The notes under the pieces: model-generated
What the model saw: only the letters and a program-made list of their open reading frames with translations
Told to the model about the DNA's origin: nothing
Database searches by the model: none
Made by a program: the position numbers and the translations under genes
Shown: positions 1 to 10,046 of the stretch, in pieces
How the letters are laid out: each line of letters opens with the position of its first letter
How positions within the stretch are numbered: the stretch's first letter is position 1
DNA from: Candidatus Eiseniibacteriota bacterium
GTDB taxonomy: Bacteria > Eisenbacteria > RBG-16-71-46 > CAVPCR01
Length of the DNA: 64,000 bases
Direction: 5' to 3'
NCBI GenBank assembly: GCA_963823555.1
Contig: CAWGMA010000001.1
Coordinates: 384,001 to 448,000, forward strand

Positions 1-2118
1 CAGATGAAATCGGTCGGCGAGGTGATGGCGATCGGGCGCACCTTCGAAGAGGCGCTCATGAAGGCCCTGCGCTCGCTCGAGGTGGATCGCGCCCGGGACC
101 GCACTCTCGGTGGTGGGCCGTTCTCCCCGGGCGAGCCCCGGGATCCGACCATTCCCGGGGTCGAGCGCCTCTATGCGGTCGGCGCCGCCCTCGCCGGCGG
201 CGACTCGGTCGAGGCGGTGGCCCGGGCGACGGGGATCGATCCGTGGTTCGTGGACGCCTTGGCGGGTCTGGTCGGGCTCGAGGCCGAGATCTCGCAGGCC
301 GGATGGCCGCTCGCTCCCGAACTCCTCCGGCGCGCCAAACGGGCTGGATTCGCCGATCGGCAGATCGCGCGTCTCGCCGGGGTGGTGGCCCCGTCGCCGG
401 AGCTGGAAGTCCGAGCCCGCCGCGAGCTCCTCGATATCCGGCCCACCATGAAGTCCGTGGATACCTGCGCGGCCGAGTTCGCCGCCTCGACGCCGTACCT
501 CTACTCGACCTACGAGGAGGAGGACGAGGCGATACCCGATCCGCGGCCCACGGTGATCGTGCTCGGGTCGGGACCGAATCGCATCGGTCAGGGCATCGAG
601 TTCGACGCCTGCTGCGTCGAGGCCTGTTTCGCCCTTCGCGAGCGCGGGTATCGGGTCGTTCTGGTCAACTCGAATCCGGAAACCGTGTCGACCGACTACG
701 ATGTCTCCGATCGCCTCTATTTCGAACCGGTCGTGCTCGAGAACGTCCTCGATGTCATCGCGCGCGAGCGCCCGCTCGGCGTCATCGTGCAGCTCGGCGG
801 CCAGACCCCGCTCGGTCTCGCCGGTCCGCTCGCTGCCCAAGGGGTGCCGCTGCTCGGCACGTCCTGGGATGCGATCGATCGTGCGGAGAACCGCGAGCGC
901 ATGAAGGTCGTGATCGAGGATCTCGGGATGCGCTACCCGCGAAGCGCGGCGGTGAGCGATCCCACGCGGGTCATGGCCGCCGCCGCCGAGCTCGGCTATC
1001 CGCTTCTCGTCCGCCCGTCCTATGTGCTCGGGGGACAGGGAATGCGGGTGATCGTCGACCCCAATGAGCTCGAGCACCTGGTCGCCAGCGAGAGCGTCGT
1101 CGTGACTCCTGATCGACCGCTCATGCTCGACGCCTTCATCGAGGATGCGATCGAGGTCGATGTGGATGCGGTTGCCGATGGCGAGACGGTGGTTGTCGGG
1201 GCCATCCTCGAGCACATCGAGGAGGCTGGAGTCCACTCCGGGGATTCCTCGTGTGTGACTCCACCCTGGTCGTTGGGCGAGGACATGGTGGCGGCGCTCC
1301 GCGACCACACGCGCCGCCTGGCCCGCGCCCTCGATGTGATCGGGCTGATCAATATCCAGTTCGCGATCAAGGGCGACACCATTCTCGTCCTCGAGGTGAA
1401 TCCGCGAGCCTCGCGCACCGTACCCTTCGTCGCCAAGGCGACCGGGGTACCGCTGGCCCGCCTGGCGGCGCGGGTGATGGTTGGCGAGAAACTCGCGGCG
1501 ATGGGGGTGCCGCTCGACCTCGAGTCGGAGGGGGTGTGCGTCAAGAAGCCGGTCATGCCCTTCGACCGCTTTCCGGGCGAGGATCTGCTGCTCGGACCCG
1601 AGATGCGCTCGACGGGCGAGGTGATGGGGATCGACCGCGACCTCGGGCGAGCCTTCGCCAAGGCCCTGATCGCCGATCCGGGAGGCGGGGAACTCCCGGC
1701 GGCGGGAGCGGTGTTCCTCTCGGTGAGGGACCGCGACAAGCGCTCGGCGACCTGGATCGCCAAGCGCCTGGTGGAGCTGGGCTACGAGCTCTGCGCCACC
1801 GCCGGTACTGCCCGCCTGCTGGCCATGAACGGCGTCCAGGCGCGGCGCGTGTTCAAGGTCCACGAGGGGAGCCCCAACGCGGTCGACCTGATCCGGAACG
1901 GCGAGATCCGACTCGTCATCAACACGCCGCTTGGCCGTCCCTCGCGCTATGACGAGAAGGCCATCCGTTTGGCTGCCCTGGAGCGGGGAGTCCCATGCGT
2001 GACCACCATGTCGGGAGCACAGGCGGCCGTCAGCGCCATGGATGCGCTCAAGGCCGGCGATCTCGACGTGACCGCCCTTCAAGATCGCACGTGCGGAGCG
2101 GTCGCGGCGGCGAGATGA
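1..2118 (+). CDS. carB: Carbamoyl-phosphate synthase large subunit (5'-truncated by window edge)
   Basis: MKSVGEVMAIGRTFEEA, GSGPNRIGQGIEFD, NSNPETVSTDYD, HIEEAGVHSGDS, EVNPRASRTVPF, C-terminal MGS domain (ATxGT, VINTP). Confidence 0.98.
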   Translation, partial: QMKSVGEVMAIGRTFEEALMKALRSLEVDRARDRTLGGGPFSPGEPRDPTIPGVERLYAVGAALAGGDSVEAVARATGIDPWFVDALAGLVGLEAEISQAGWPLAPELLRRAKRAGFADRQIARLAGVVAPSPELEVRARRELLDIRPTMKSVDTCAAEFAASTPYLYSTYEEEDEAIPDPRPTVIVLGSGPNRIGQGIEFDACCVEACFALRERGYRVVLVNSNPETVSTDYDVSDRLYFEPVVLENVLDVIARERPLGVIVQLGGQTPLGLAGPLAAQGVPLLGTSWDAIDRAENRERMKVVIEDLGMRYPRSAAVSDPTRVMAAAAELGYPLLVRPSYVLGGQGMRVIVDPNELEHLVASESVVVTPDRPLMLDAFIEDAIEVDVDAVADGETVVVGAILEHIEEAGVHSGDSSCVTPPWSLGEDMVAALRDHTRRLARALDVIGLINIQFAIKGDTILVLEVNPRASRTVPFVAKATGVPLARLAARVMVGEKLAAMGVPLDLESEGVCVKKPVMPFDRFPGEDLLLGPEMRSTGEVMGIDRDLGRAFAKALIADPGGGELPAAGAVFLSVRDRDKRSATWIAKRLVELGYELCATAGTARLLAMNGVQARRVFKVHEGSPNAVDLIRNGEIRLVINTPLGRPSRYDEKAIRLAALERGVPCVTTMSGAQAAVSAMDALKAGDLDVTALQDRTCGAVAAAR

Positions 2119-4013
2119 GGGCGGGCGTCGGCTTGCGTTCCCGACTCGGCCTCATCCTGGCGGCGCTCGCTCTCATCGGGTCGGCATGTGCCTACTACAA
2201 CACCTTCTACTCGGCGCGGAAGTACTTCCGTGACGCCGAGGAGCAGTTCAAGGCGAGCGGGCAGGAACATCCCTCGCCGAGCGTGCTCGATCTCTACTCG
2301 CGCTCGATCGAGCGCAGCGAGAAGGTCCTGACCGAGTACCCGAAATCGAAGTGGGTGGATGATGCGCGTCTCCTGATCGGCATGGCCTATCTCCGGCGCG
2401 AGGAGTACGAGAAGGGCATGGCCGCCTTCGAGGAGCTCATCGAACGGCACCCCAAATCGAAGCTGATTCCGGATGCGTGGTTCGGCATCGGCCTGTGTCA
2501 GCTCGGCGGCGGCGAGTTCGAGGCGGGCCGGCAGACGCTCGAGCAGCTGCTCCAGGAGAACCCGAACTACAAGCGACGCGCGGAGGCGCGCTATCAGCTG
2601 GCCGAGAGCGCAGCCCAGCGCCGCGATTACCAGAGCGCGGTCGTGGAGTACACGTCGCTTCTCGCTTCCGAGGATCTGCCTGGCATCGCTCCCGATCGAG
2701 TCTATCGCGCTCGCGGCGAGGCCTACCTCGCTCTCGACGCTCCCGACTCGGCGCTCGCCGATTTCGAGGAGGCGGTGCGCCTATCGAACGTCCAGGAGGA
2801 TCGTTACGAAGCCAGGCTGCTGGCCGGTGAGAGTCTCGAGGAGATGGGCCGGCTCGATGAGGCCTTCGATCTCTACTCGCAGCTGGAGAGGGAGATGCCG
2901 GGCCTCAAGGAGCTGCCGCGCACCTTGCTGCGCAAGGCCCGCGTCCTGAACGCGCTCGGCCGTCATGAGGAGGCGATCGCGGTCTACGAGCGCGTGATCA
3001 AGGACTTTCCATCTTCGAGCTATGCCGCCGAGTCCCTGTACCAGATCGGATTCACGCAGGAGATCTACCTCGGCAATCTGGACGCCGCGAAGGAGGCGTA
3101 CGGCAAGGTGCGGGAGGCGGCGCCGGGCTCCGAGTTCACAACACTCGCCGAGGAACGGAAGCAGGCGATCGATCTCTACGGCCAGTATCGCTCCGAGATG
3201 ACGACGGGAGGCGAGGAGGAGGAGAAGGCTGAAGCCGCTCTCATGCTGGCCGAGGTGGCCCTGTTCCGCTTGCGAAAGGTGGACGAGGCGATTGCGGCCT
3301 ATGAGGCGGTCGAGCGCGATCACCCCAGCTCGGCCCTGGCGCCGAAGGCCGCCTATGCGGTGGCCTGGATCCAGGAGCACGAGCTCGGTGACTCGCTGGC
3401 CGCCGCGGACAGCTACCGGAGGGTGTACGAGAGCTATCCCGATACCGAGTTCGGCGTCGAAGCCGGCGTGCGCGCCGGACTCCTGGCCTCGGATTCGCTT
3501 TCCATCTACCGCGGACGTGTGCTGCAGATCAAGGCTGTCGCCGACAGCCTGGTGGCCCTGGCCCTGGCTCGGGCCGCCGCCGCCCGCGGGGACTCCCTCG
3601 CCGCGATCAGCGATTCCCTGGCCTCGGTGCCCGGCGATTCGCTGCGCGCGGGGCTTGCCGACTCGGCCTTCGGGACGGCGGATTCGCTGGTGGGGTCCCA
3701 GAGGGTCCAGATGGCCCCGGACCGCGGAGTCTCGCCCGTGTCGCCGCGGGTCGAGGCGCCCCCGGGCGTCCCGTCTTCCGTCCCGGAGGATTCGCTTGCG
3801 CCCCATGCGATGCCCCCCGGTGTCCTACCCGGGGCGGCCGATGGGAGCACCTTGCCGCCGGAACCGATGCCCGTGACGCCGCCGGAGTCGATGCCGCCCG
3901 AACCGACAGCGCCCGAACCGACAGCGCCCGAATCGACAGCGCCCGAATCGACGATGCCGCCCGAGCCGACGCCGCCGGACTCGGCGGGAACCACCGAACG
4001 CGGACCTGAATGA
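2115..4013 (+). CDS. TPR-repeat lipoprotein (possibly PorW/SprE- or BamD-like) with DS-rich and Pro-rich C-terminal tail
   Basis: ATG at 2115 overlaps the carB stop (ATGA); signal peptide with lipobox-like GSAC, then YYNTFYSA; many TPR units (YPKSKWVDDA, FPSSSYAAES). Confidence 0.8.
   Translation: MRAGVGLRSRLGLILAALALIGSACAYYNTFYSARKYFRDAEEQFKASGQEHPSPSVLDLYSRSIERSEKVLTEYPKSKWVDDARLLIGMAYLRREEYEKGMAAFEELIERHPKSKLIPDAWFGIGLCQLGGGEFEAGRQTLEQLLQENPNYKRRAEARYQLAESAAQRRDYQSAVVEYTSLLASEDLPGIAPDRVYRARGEAYLALDAPDSALADFEEAVRLSNVQEDRYEARLLAGESLEEMGRLDEAFDLYSQLEREMPGLKELPRTLLRKARVLNALGRHEEAIAVYERVIKDFPSSSYAAESLYQIGFTQEIYLGNLDAAKEAYGKVREAAPGSEFTTLAEERKQAIDLYGQYRSEMTTGGEEEEKAEAALMLAEVALFRLRKVDEAIAAYEAVERDHPSSALAPKAAYAVAWIQEHELGDSLAAADSYRRVYESYPDTEFGVEAGVRAGLLASDSLSIYRGRVLQIKAVADSLVALALARAAAARGDSLAAISDSLASVPGDSLRAGLADSAFGTADSLVGSQRVQMAPDRGVSPVSPRVEAPPGVPSSVPEDSLAPHAMPPGVLPGAADGSTLPPEPMPVTPPESMPPEPTAPEPTAPESTAPESTMPPEPTPPDSAGTTERGPE
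3897..3953 (+). repeat. 15-bp in-frame tandem repeat (cccgaaYcgacagcg, about 4 copies) encoding PEPTA/PESTA
   Basis: Units start at 3897, 3912, 3927 and 3942. Confidence 0.85.
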
Positions 4014-4918
4014 GGGACTCGAGCATGATGTCACCGCCGCGCACGTCGCCTGTGAGCACGGAGGCCGAGATTCTCACGAACCGCCCGATCATGCCCGGCG
4101 GCATGCTCCTGTGCTTGTTGCTTCCCGCTTCCCGGCCCTTTCCGCCGCCGGTCGCCGGTCAGTTCGTGCACCTGCGGGCCGAGGGCTTTCCGCTCCTGCG
4201 CCGTCCCTTCAGCGTGCTCGGGTTCAGAACCGCGAGCGGTGGGAGCGCCGAGCTCGAGATCATGTATGCCGTCGTCGGGCGGGGCACCGAACGGTTGGCC
4301 GAGCTCACGCCCGGGGATCACCTCGGCGTCCTGGGGCCGCTCGGCAACGGCTACGAGCTGAGCGGCGCGGGGCCGCTCGTCCTCGTTGCCGGCGGCCGCG
4401 GTGCGGTGCCGCTCTTTCGCCTGCTCGAAGAGGGAGCGGGCCGCAAACGCGAGACCGTGTTCCTCTTCGGTGCGCGCAGCCGCGAGTACCTCTGGGAGCT
4501 CGCTCGCCTCACGGAGGTCGAGCATCATCTGGCCACCGATGACGGCTCGGCTGGCCGGCACGGAACGGTGATCGATCTGCTCGAGGAGGAGCTTGCGCGT
4601 CGCCCGCGCGGGCGTGCGGCCGGCGCGCCGCGGGTTTTCGCCTGCGGTCCCGAGGTGATGCTCAAGCGAGTGGCGGAGACCGCCGCGGCGTTCGGCGTGG
4701 AGGCGCAGGTCGCCCTGGAGAGTCCGATGGGGTGTGCGATCGGCATCTGTCGCGGATGCATCATCCCGCGCCGCGTGACCCCCGGCGGACATTGGCCTCG
4801 GGACGGCAACCCCCGCTACGGCACCGTGTGCAAGGAGGGACCGGTATTCCTCGGTGATGAAGTGGACTGGGAGGCGCTCGAGCGTGCCGTTCATCCGGCA
4901 GGGGCCCTGGTTTCATGA
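4010..4918 (+). CDS. pyrK: Dihydroorotate dehydrogenase electron transfer subunit
   Basis: GQFV, LRRPFS, GPLGNG, ACGPEVM, 2Fe-2S motif MGCAIGICRGC...VCKEGPVF; directly upstream of pyrD. Confidence 0.93.
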   Translation: MRDSSMMSPPRTSPVSTEAEILTNRPIMPGGMLLCLLLPASRPFPPPVAGQFVHLRAEGFPLLRRPFSVLGFRTASGGSAELEIMYAVVGRGTERLAELTPGDHLGVLGPLGNGYELSGAGPLVLVAGGRGAVPLFRLLEEGAGRKRETVFLFGARSREYLWELARLTEVEHHLATDDGSAGRHGTVIDLLEEELARRPRGRAAGAPRVFACGPEVMLKRVAETAAAFGVEAQVALESPMGCAIGICRGCIIPRRVTPGGHWPRDGNPRYGTVCKEGPVFLGDEVDWEALERAVHPAGALVS

Positions 4919-5850
4919 ACCCCACCACCACGGTCGACCTGAAGGTCCGCCTCGGCTCGCTCGAGCTCGAAAATCCCATCCTCCTGGCTTCAGGCACCTG
5001 CGGCTACGGCGTGGAGCTCGCGGGGTTGCTCGACTTCGCCGCCATCGGGGGTCTCGTCACCAAGACCGTGACTCCGCTGCCGCGAGAGGGCAATCCGCCC
5101 CCGCGCATCACCGAGACGCCCTCGGGCATGCTCAACTCGATCGGCCTCGAGAACGTGGGCATCGACGTCTTCATTGCCGACAAGCTGCCCCAGGCCGCGC
5201 GCTTGCCGACGCGCATCATCGTCTCGGTGGGTGGGCATGCGGTCGAGGACTATGTCGAGCTGGTGGGCCGCCTGGACCCTGAGCCCGGGGTGGCGGCCAT
5301 CGAGCTCAATCTGTCCTGCCCCAATGTCTCGGGTGGTCTCGACCTGTCGCAGAATCCGCGCGGCTGTGCCGAGGTGGTCGCCGCAGCCCGGCGGGCCACG
5401 CGGAAGCCGCTGGTGGCCAAGCTCACGCCCAACGTGACACGCATCGGCGACATCGCGCGTGCCGCCGAGGAGGGAGGGGCCGACGCCGTGTCGCTCGTCA
5501 ACACCTTCATCGGGATGGCGATCGATGTCGAGCGGCGCATGCCCAAGCTGCGCACGGTGACGGGCGGGCTCTCGGGTCCGGCCATCCGCCCGCTGGCCGT
5601 CGCCAAGGTCTACGAAGCGGCGCGGGCGGTCACGATCCCAGTGGTCGGGATCGGCGGCATCTCGTCTGCGGCTGACGTGGTCGAGTTCCTGCTCGCCGGG
5701 GCCACCGCCGTCGAGGTCGGGACCTGGAACTACGTCGAGCCGGGCGCGGCCGGCCGGCTCGCCGCAGGTCTCGGCGACTATCTTGTGCGTCATCAATTGC
5801 GCTCGCCCTCTGATCTTCGTGGAGCGCTGGTTCTCCCGGTTCGGGAATGA
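4915..5850 (+). CDS. pyrD: Dihydroorotate dehydrogenase class 1B catalytic subunit
   Basis: NPILLASGT, GNPPPRI, MLNSIGLEN, ELNLSCPN, KLTPN, GGLSGPAIRP. Confidence 0.97.
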   Translation: MNPTTTVDLKVRLGSLELENPILLASGTCGYGVELAGLLDFAAIGGLVTKTVTPLPREGNPPPRITETPSGMLNSIGLENVGIDVFIADKLPQAARLPTRIIVSVGGHAVEDYVELVGRLDPEPGVAAIELNLSCPNVSGGLDLSQNPRGCAEVVAAARRATRKPLVAKLTPNVTRIGDIARAAEEGGADAVSLVNTFIGMAIDVERRMPKLRTVTGGLSGPAIRPLAVAKVYEAARAVTIPVVGIGGISSAADVVEFLLAGATAVEVGTWNYVEPGAAGRLAAGLGDYLVRHQLRSPSDLRGALVLPVRE

Positions 5851-5881
5851 TCATCACGGGTGGCAAGGAGACGGAAGGCAA

Positions 5882-6563
5882 ATGACCGACGATCGCCTCA
5901 TCGTGGCCCTCGATCACGGGGATCTGGCCGCAGCCCTCAAGATGGTTGATCTTCTGGATGATCTCGTGGGCTTTTACAAGGTGGGCCTCACCCTCTACAC
6001 TGCAGCCGGTCCGGAGGCGGTGGCCCGGTTGCGCGAGCGCCGGAAGCGAGTCTTCCTCGACTTGAAGCTGCATGACATTCCAGTGCAGGTGGGGGGGGCG
6101 GCGCGGGCGGCAAGCCAGCTGGGAGTCGATCTCCTGACCCTGCATGCGGCAGGTGGCAAGGAGATGATGCGGGCCGCAGCCGAGGCGGTGGCCACGAGCG
6201 GGACGAAGCTCCTGGGGGTCACGGTCTTGACGAGCCTGGCCGTTCCCGATCCCCGCGTCATCATCCTGGCGGCCGAAGGAGCGGTGGCGGCCGGTCTGGA
6301 TGGGGTGGTCGCTTCACCGGCCGAGGCCGGGGCCCTCCGACTCGCGCTCGGGCCCGGGGTCCTGATCGTGACGCCCGGTATCCGGCTCGCGCCGGCGGCG
6401 GGGGATGATCAGGTTCGGACCGGCGGGCCGGGAGATGCGCTCAAACGCGGCGCCTCGTCATCTCGTGGTCGGGCGACCGATCACGGCTGCTGTGGATCCG
6501 CGGGCCGCCGCCCAGGAGATCCGGAGGGCGATGACCCCGGCCCCAGCGGCCGGCGGGTGCTAG
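5882..6563 (+). pseudogene. pyrF: Orotidine-5'-phosphate decarboxylase with one +1 frameshift near 6458 (likely sequencing error)
   Basis: LIVALD, KVG, FLDLKLHDIP, VTPGIR; removing one base near 6458 restores GASHLVVGRPIT and a TAG at 6561-6563 (226 aa). Confidence 0.9.
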
Positions 6564-6657
6564 CCCGGGGGTTCGTTCCGATTTCGTGTGATGCGGTTCC
6601 GGGGTGGCCCGGGACCCGCTGGTCGCCGGCGTCGATGCCGGAGGGGAGGGATCCAGG

Positions 6658-7608
6658 GTGCGCGTGCTCGTCACTGGAGTCACGGGATTCGCCGGCAGCC
6701 ATCTGGTCGACTACATGCTCGCTCTTCCCGGCGTGGAGATCTTCGGCCTCTGCCGCTGGCGGAGCCCCCTCGACAACATCCAGCACGTGCTGGCGAGAAT
6801 CCAGCTCCGGGAGTGCGACCTCCGCGATGCGTTCTCGGTGCGCGACGTCATCGAGGACATCCACCCTGACCGCATCTTCCACCTTGCGGCGCAGAGCTTC
6901 GTCCCGACCTCATGGACGGCGCCCACGGAGAGTCTCACCACGAACATCATCGGGCAGCTCAACGTTTTCGAGGCGGTGCGCAAGATCGGTCTTCAGCCGC
7001 TCATCCAGATCGCTTGCTCGAGCGAGGAGTACGGGCTCGTGCACGACCATGAGCTGCCGATCACCGAAGACAACCCGCTGCGCCCCCTGTCTCCCTACGC
7101 TGTTTCCAAGGTCGGCCAGGATCTCCTGGGGTTTCAGTACTTCATGAGCTACAAGATGCCGATCATCCGCACTCGTGGCTTCAACCATGAGGGCCCCCGG
7201 CGCGCCCCGGTGTTCGTGGTCAGCGACTTCGCACAGCAAGTGGCCGAGATCGAGCGCGGTCAACGGCCACCTGTCCTCCGGGTCGGCAATCTCGACGCGC
7301 AGCGTGACTTCACCGACGTGCGCGACATGGTGCGCGGGTACTGGCTTGCGCTCGAGAAGGGTCAACCCGGCGAGGTCTACAACATCTGTTCGGGACGCAG
7401 CTACTCGGTGCGCCAGGTCATCGATCTCCTGCTCGGCATGACCGACGCCAGGATCAAGATCGAGCAGGACCCGCGGCGTCTCCGGCCGTCGGACGTGCCG
7501 GTGCTGCGCGGCGATTTCACCAAGTTCGCGCGTCAGACCGGCTGGCAGCCCGAGATTCCCTTTGCGCAGACAGTTGAAGATCTCCTCAACTATTGGCGCA
7601 TGCGGTAG
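6658..7608 (+). CDS. GDP-mannose 4,6-dehydratase-like extended SDR (Gmd/Rmd family)
   Basis: GTG start after GGAGG; VLVTGVTGFAGSHL, HLAAQSFV, SSEEYG, SPYAVSK, FNHEGPRR, GNLDAQRDF. Confidence 0.88.
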   Translation: MRVLVTGVTGFAGSHLVDYMLALPGVEIFGLCRWRSPLDNIQHVLARIQLRECDLRDAFSVRDVIEDIHPDRIFHLAAQSFVPTSWTAPTESLTTNIIGQLNVFEAVRKIGLQPLIQIACSSEEYGLVHDHELPITEDNPLRPLSPYAVSKVGQDLLGFQYFMSYKMPIIRTRGFNHEGPRRAPVFVVSDFAQQVAEIERGQRPPVLRVGNLDAQRDFTDVRDMVRGYWLALEKGQPGEVYNICSGRSYSVRQVIDLLLGMTDARIKIEQDPRRLRPSDVPVLRGDFTKFARQTGWQPEIPFAQTVEDLLNYWRMR

Positions 7609-7696
7609 GAGGCATGATGAGCGGCACGTGGTGGGGGAGGGGAGGGCCGGCGCCGCGGGCCGGCAGCCTTGGGCTCGCGAGTGCGAGGGACCGGGC

Positions 7697-8683
7697 GTGA
7701 AGGTCTTGGTCACCGGGGCGAGCGGTTTTGTCGGTCGCCACTTGCTCGGGGAGCTCGAGCGGCGGGGTTTGACCACCGTGGCCACCGGTCTTCCCGCCGA
7801 GGGACACGCCGGTGGCGAGATGGCCTCAGCGGAGGCGGTAAGGCCCCTCGATCTGCGCGACGCGAAGCAGGTCGAGCGCCTGGTGGCCGAGGTCGAGCCC
7901 GACGCGGTCATCCATCTCGCGGCTCAGAGCTCGGCGGGCGCCTCCTTTGCGGCATCGCGCGAGACCTTCGAGGTCAACGTGCTCGGCACCTGGCATCTGG
8001 TCACCGCGCTCCGCGACGAGGCCCCGGGCGCCCGCTTCCTGGCCGTCACCTCCGGCGACCTGTACGGGGCGAGTGCTCCGGGAGCGCCTCATCGCGAGAC
8101 CTCGCCCTTCGCCCCGGTGAGCCCCTACGGGGCCTCGAAGGCCGCCCAGGATCTCCTCGTCCAGCTTGCCGGTGCGGCCTACCACCTCAAGGCGATCCGC
8201 CTGCGGCCCTTCACCCACGCCGGCCCGGGCCAGCGCCAGCGCTTCGCCCTGCCCGCCTTCGCGGCGCAGATCGCCGCCATCGAGCGCGGCGAGCACCGGC
8301 CCGTGCTCGCCGTGGGGAACCTCGACGTGGTCCGGGACTACACCGATGTCAGGGATGTGATCCGGGCCTATGCCGATCTCCTCACCCGCGGCACCCCGGG
8401 AGAGGCTTACAATGTCTGTACGGGGCGTGGTATCGCCCTCCGCGACCTGGTCGAGAAGCTGACTGCGGCCTCACATGTCCCGATCCGGGTCGAGGTGGAT
8501 CCGGCCCGCCTCCGGCCCGCCGACCTTCCCCACCTGGTCGGTGATCCCGCCAAGCTCGCCCGGGCGACCGGCTGGCGGCCGGAAATCGAGATCGATCGCA
8601 CTCTTGCCGATCTCTTGCTCGAAGCCCGGGCACGCGCCTCCGGGAGCCTTCGCACCGCCAAGGGGCATAGGGAGTCCATCTAG
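7697..8683 (+). CDS. Rmd-like GDP-4-keto-6-deoxymannose reductase / second Gmd-family SDR
   Basis: VLVTGASGFVG, HLAAQSS, SPYGASK, FTHAGPGQ, GNLDVVRDY; start approximate. Confidence 0.8.
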   Translation: MKVLVTGASGFVGRHLLGELERRGLTTVATGLPAEGHAGGEMASAEAVRPLDLRDAKQVERLVAEVEPDAVIHLAAQSSAGASFAASRETFEVNVLGTWHLVTALRDEAPGARFLAVTSGDLYGASAPGAPHRETSPFAPVSPYGASKAAQDLLVQLAGAAYHLKAIRLRPFTHAGPGQRQRFALPAFAAQIAAIERGEHRPVLAVGNLDVVRDYTDVRDVIRAYADLLTRGTPGEAYNVCTGRGIALRDLVEKLTAASHVPIRVEVDPARLRPADLPHLVGDPAKLARATGWRPEIEIDRTLADLLLEARARASGSLRTAKGHRESI

Positions 8684-8686
8684 CCG

Positions 8687-10027
8687 ATGTATCGAATATC
8701 CGTCATTGGAACCGGTTATGTGGGGTTGGTCACGGGGGCTTGCCTTGCCGACTTCGGAAACGAGGTCATCTGTGTCGACAAGGACAAGGAGAAGATCGCC
8801 GTCCTCCGGCGCAGCGAGATCCCGTTCTACGAACCCGGGCTGGCCGAGGTCGTGGAACGCAATGTCAGCGAGGGGCGACTCACCTTCAGCGACGACTTTC
8901 CGGCTGCGGTGGGGCGGACGCCGGTCGTCTTCATCGCGGTGGGAACGCCGACCGGCAACGACGGCGAGGCCAATCTCGACGCGGTGTTCGAGGTGGCCCG
9001 CGATGTCGCCCTCAACATGCAGGGCTACCGTCTCGTGGTTCAGAAATCGACCGTCCCGGTGGGAACCGGCCGGCGTGTGCGTGATGTGATCATCAAGCAC
9101 CTTCAGGGCGACCATCCCTTCGATGTCGCTTCCAATCCCGAGTTCCTGCGTGAGGGCTCGGCGGTTCAGGATTTCACCCATCCCAACCGGGTGGTCATCG
9201 GCACCTGGACGACGCGGGCCGCCGGCATTCTCTCCGACATCTACAACCCGCTCTACCTCAACGAAACTCCCATGGTGAAGACCACGGTGGAGACGGCCGA
9301 GCTCATCAAGTACGCGTCGAACGCCTTCCTGGCCACCAAGATCTCGTTCATCAACGAGATGGCGAACCTGTGTGAGGCGGTGGGGGCCGATGTTCGCGTG
9401 GTCGCCCGCGCCATGGGGCTCGATCGACGGATCGGCGACAAGTTCCTGCATGCGGGGCCGGGCTATGGCGGTTCCTGTTTCCCCAAGGACACGCGGGCTC
9501 TCCTGCATTTCGCCCGCGAGGTCGGGGTCGCGTTGCCCATCGTCCAAGCCACGGTCGAGACGAACGAGAGGCAGATCGACCGCATGGTCGAGAAATGCGA
9601 GCAGGCGCTTGGTGGTCTTGCCGGCAAGAAGGTCGCCATGCTCGGCCTTTCCTTCAAGCCGAACACCGACGACGTCCGAGAGGCGCCGGCGCTCCGCATC
9701 GCCAAGCGGCTACTGGAAGGCGGGGCCGCCGTGCGCGCGTTCGATCCAGTGGCCATGGCCAGCGCCGCCAAGGCATTGCCCGGACTCGAGTGCGGAGCCA
9801 ATGCCTACGACGTCTGTGAGGGCGCCGACGGCGTCCTGATCGTCACCGAGTGGAACGAGTTCCGCCAGCTCGATCTCAAGCGGATCAAGGATGTACTCCG
9901 GTCTCCGATCTTCCTCGATCTCAAGAACATCTATTCGCCGACGGAGGTCATGGCCGCCGGCCTGCGCTACTATGGCGTCGGCCGTGGCCAGAGTACGAGC
10001 TCGATGGTGGCGAAGGCCGCCGAGTAA
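8687..10027 (+). CDS. ugd: UDP-glucose 6-dehydrogenase
   Basis: IGTGYVGLV, KSTVPVGT, SNPEFLREG, KYASNAFLATKISFINE, GYGGSCFPKD, FKPNTDD. Confidence 0.95.
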   Translation: MYRISVIGTGYVGLVTGACLADFGNEVICVDKDKEKIAVLRRSEIPFYEPGLAEVVERNVSEGRLTFSDDFPAAVGRTPVVFIAVGTPTGNDGEANLDAVFEVARDVALNMQGYRLVVQKSTVPVGTGRRVRDVIIKHLQGDHPFDVASNPEFLREGSAVQDFTHPNRVVIGTWTTRAAGILSDIYNPLYLNETPMVKTTVETAELIKYASNAFLATKISFINEMANLCEAVGADVRVVARAMGLDRRIGDKFLHAGPGYGGSCFPKDTRALLHFAREVGVALPIVQATVETNERQIDRMVEKCEQALGGLAGKKVAMLGLSFKPNTDDVREAPALRIAKRLLEGGAAVRAFDPVAMASAAKALPGLECGANAYDVCEGADGVLIVTEWNEFRQLDLKRIKDVLRSPIFLDLKNIYSPTEVMAAGLRYYGVGRGQSTSSMVAKAAE

Positions 10028-10046
10028 TCCCCCACGAGGAAAGCAC

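Noticed and set aside
3897..3953. Short tandem repeats (also 31045-31107) as CRISPR arrays
   Set aside because: No spacers, in-frame coding units, no cas genes
5783..7147. 454-aa ORF as a PyrF fusion protein
   Set aside because: Result of the 6458 frameshift; the tail is an off-frame read over the next gene
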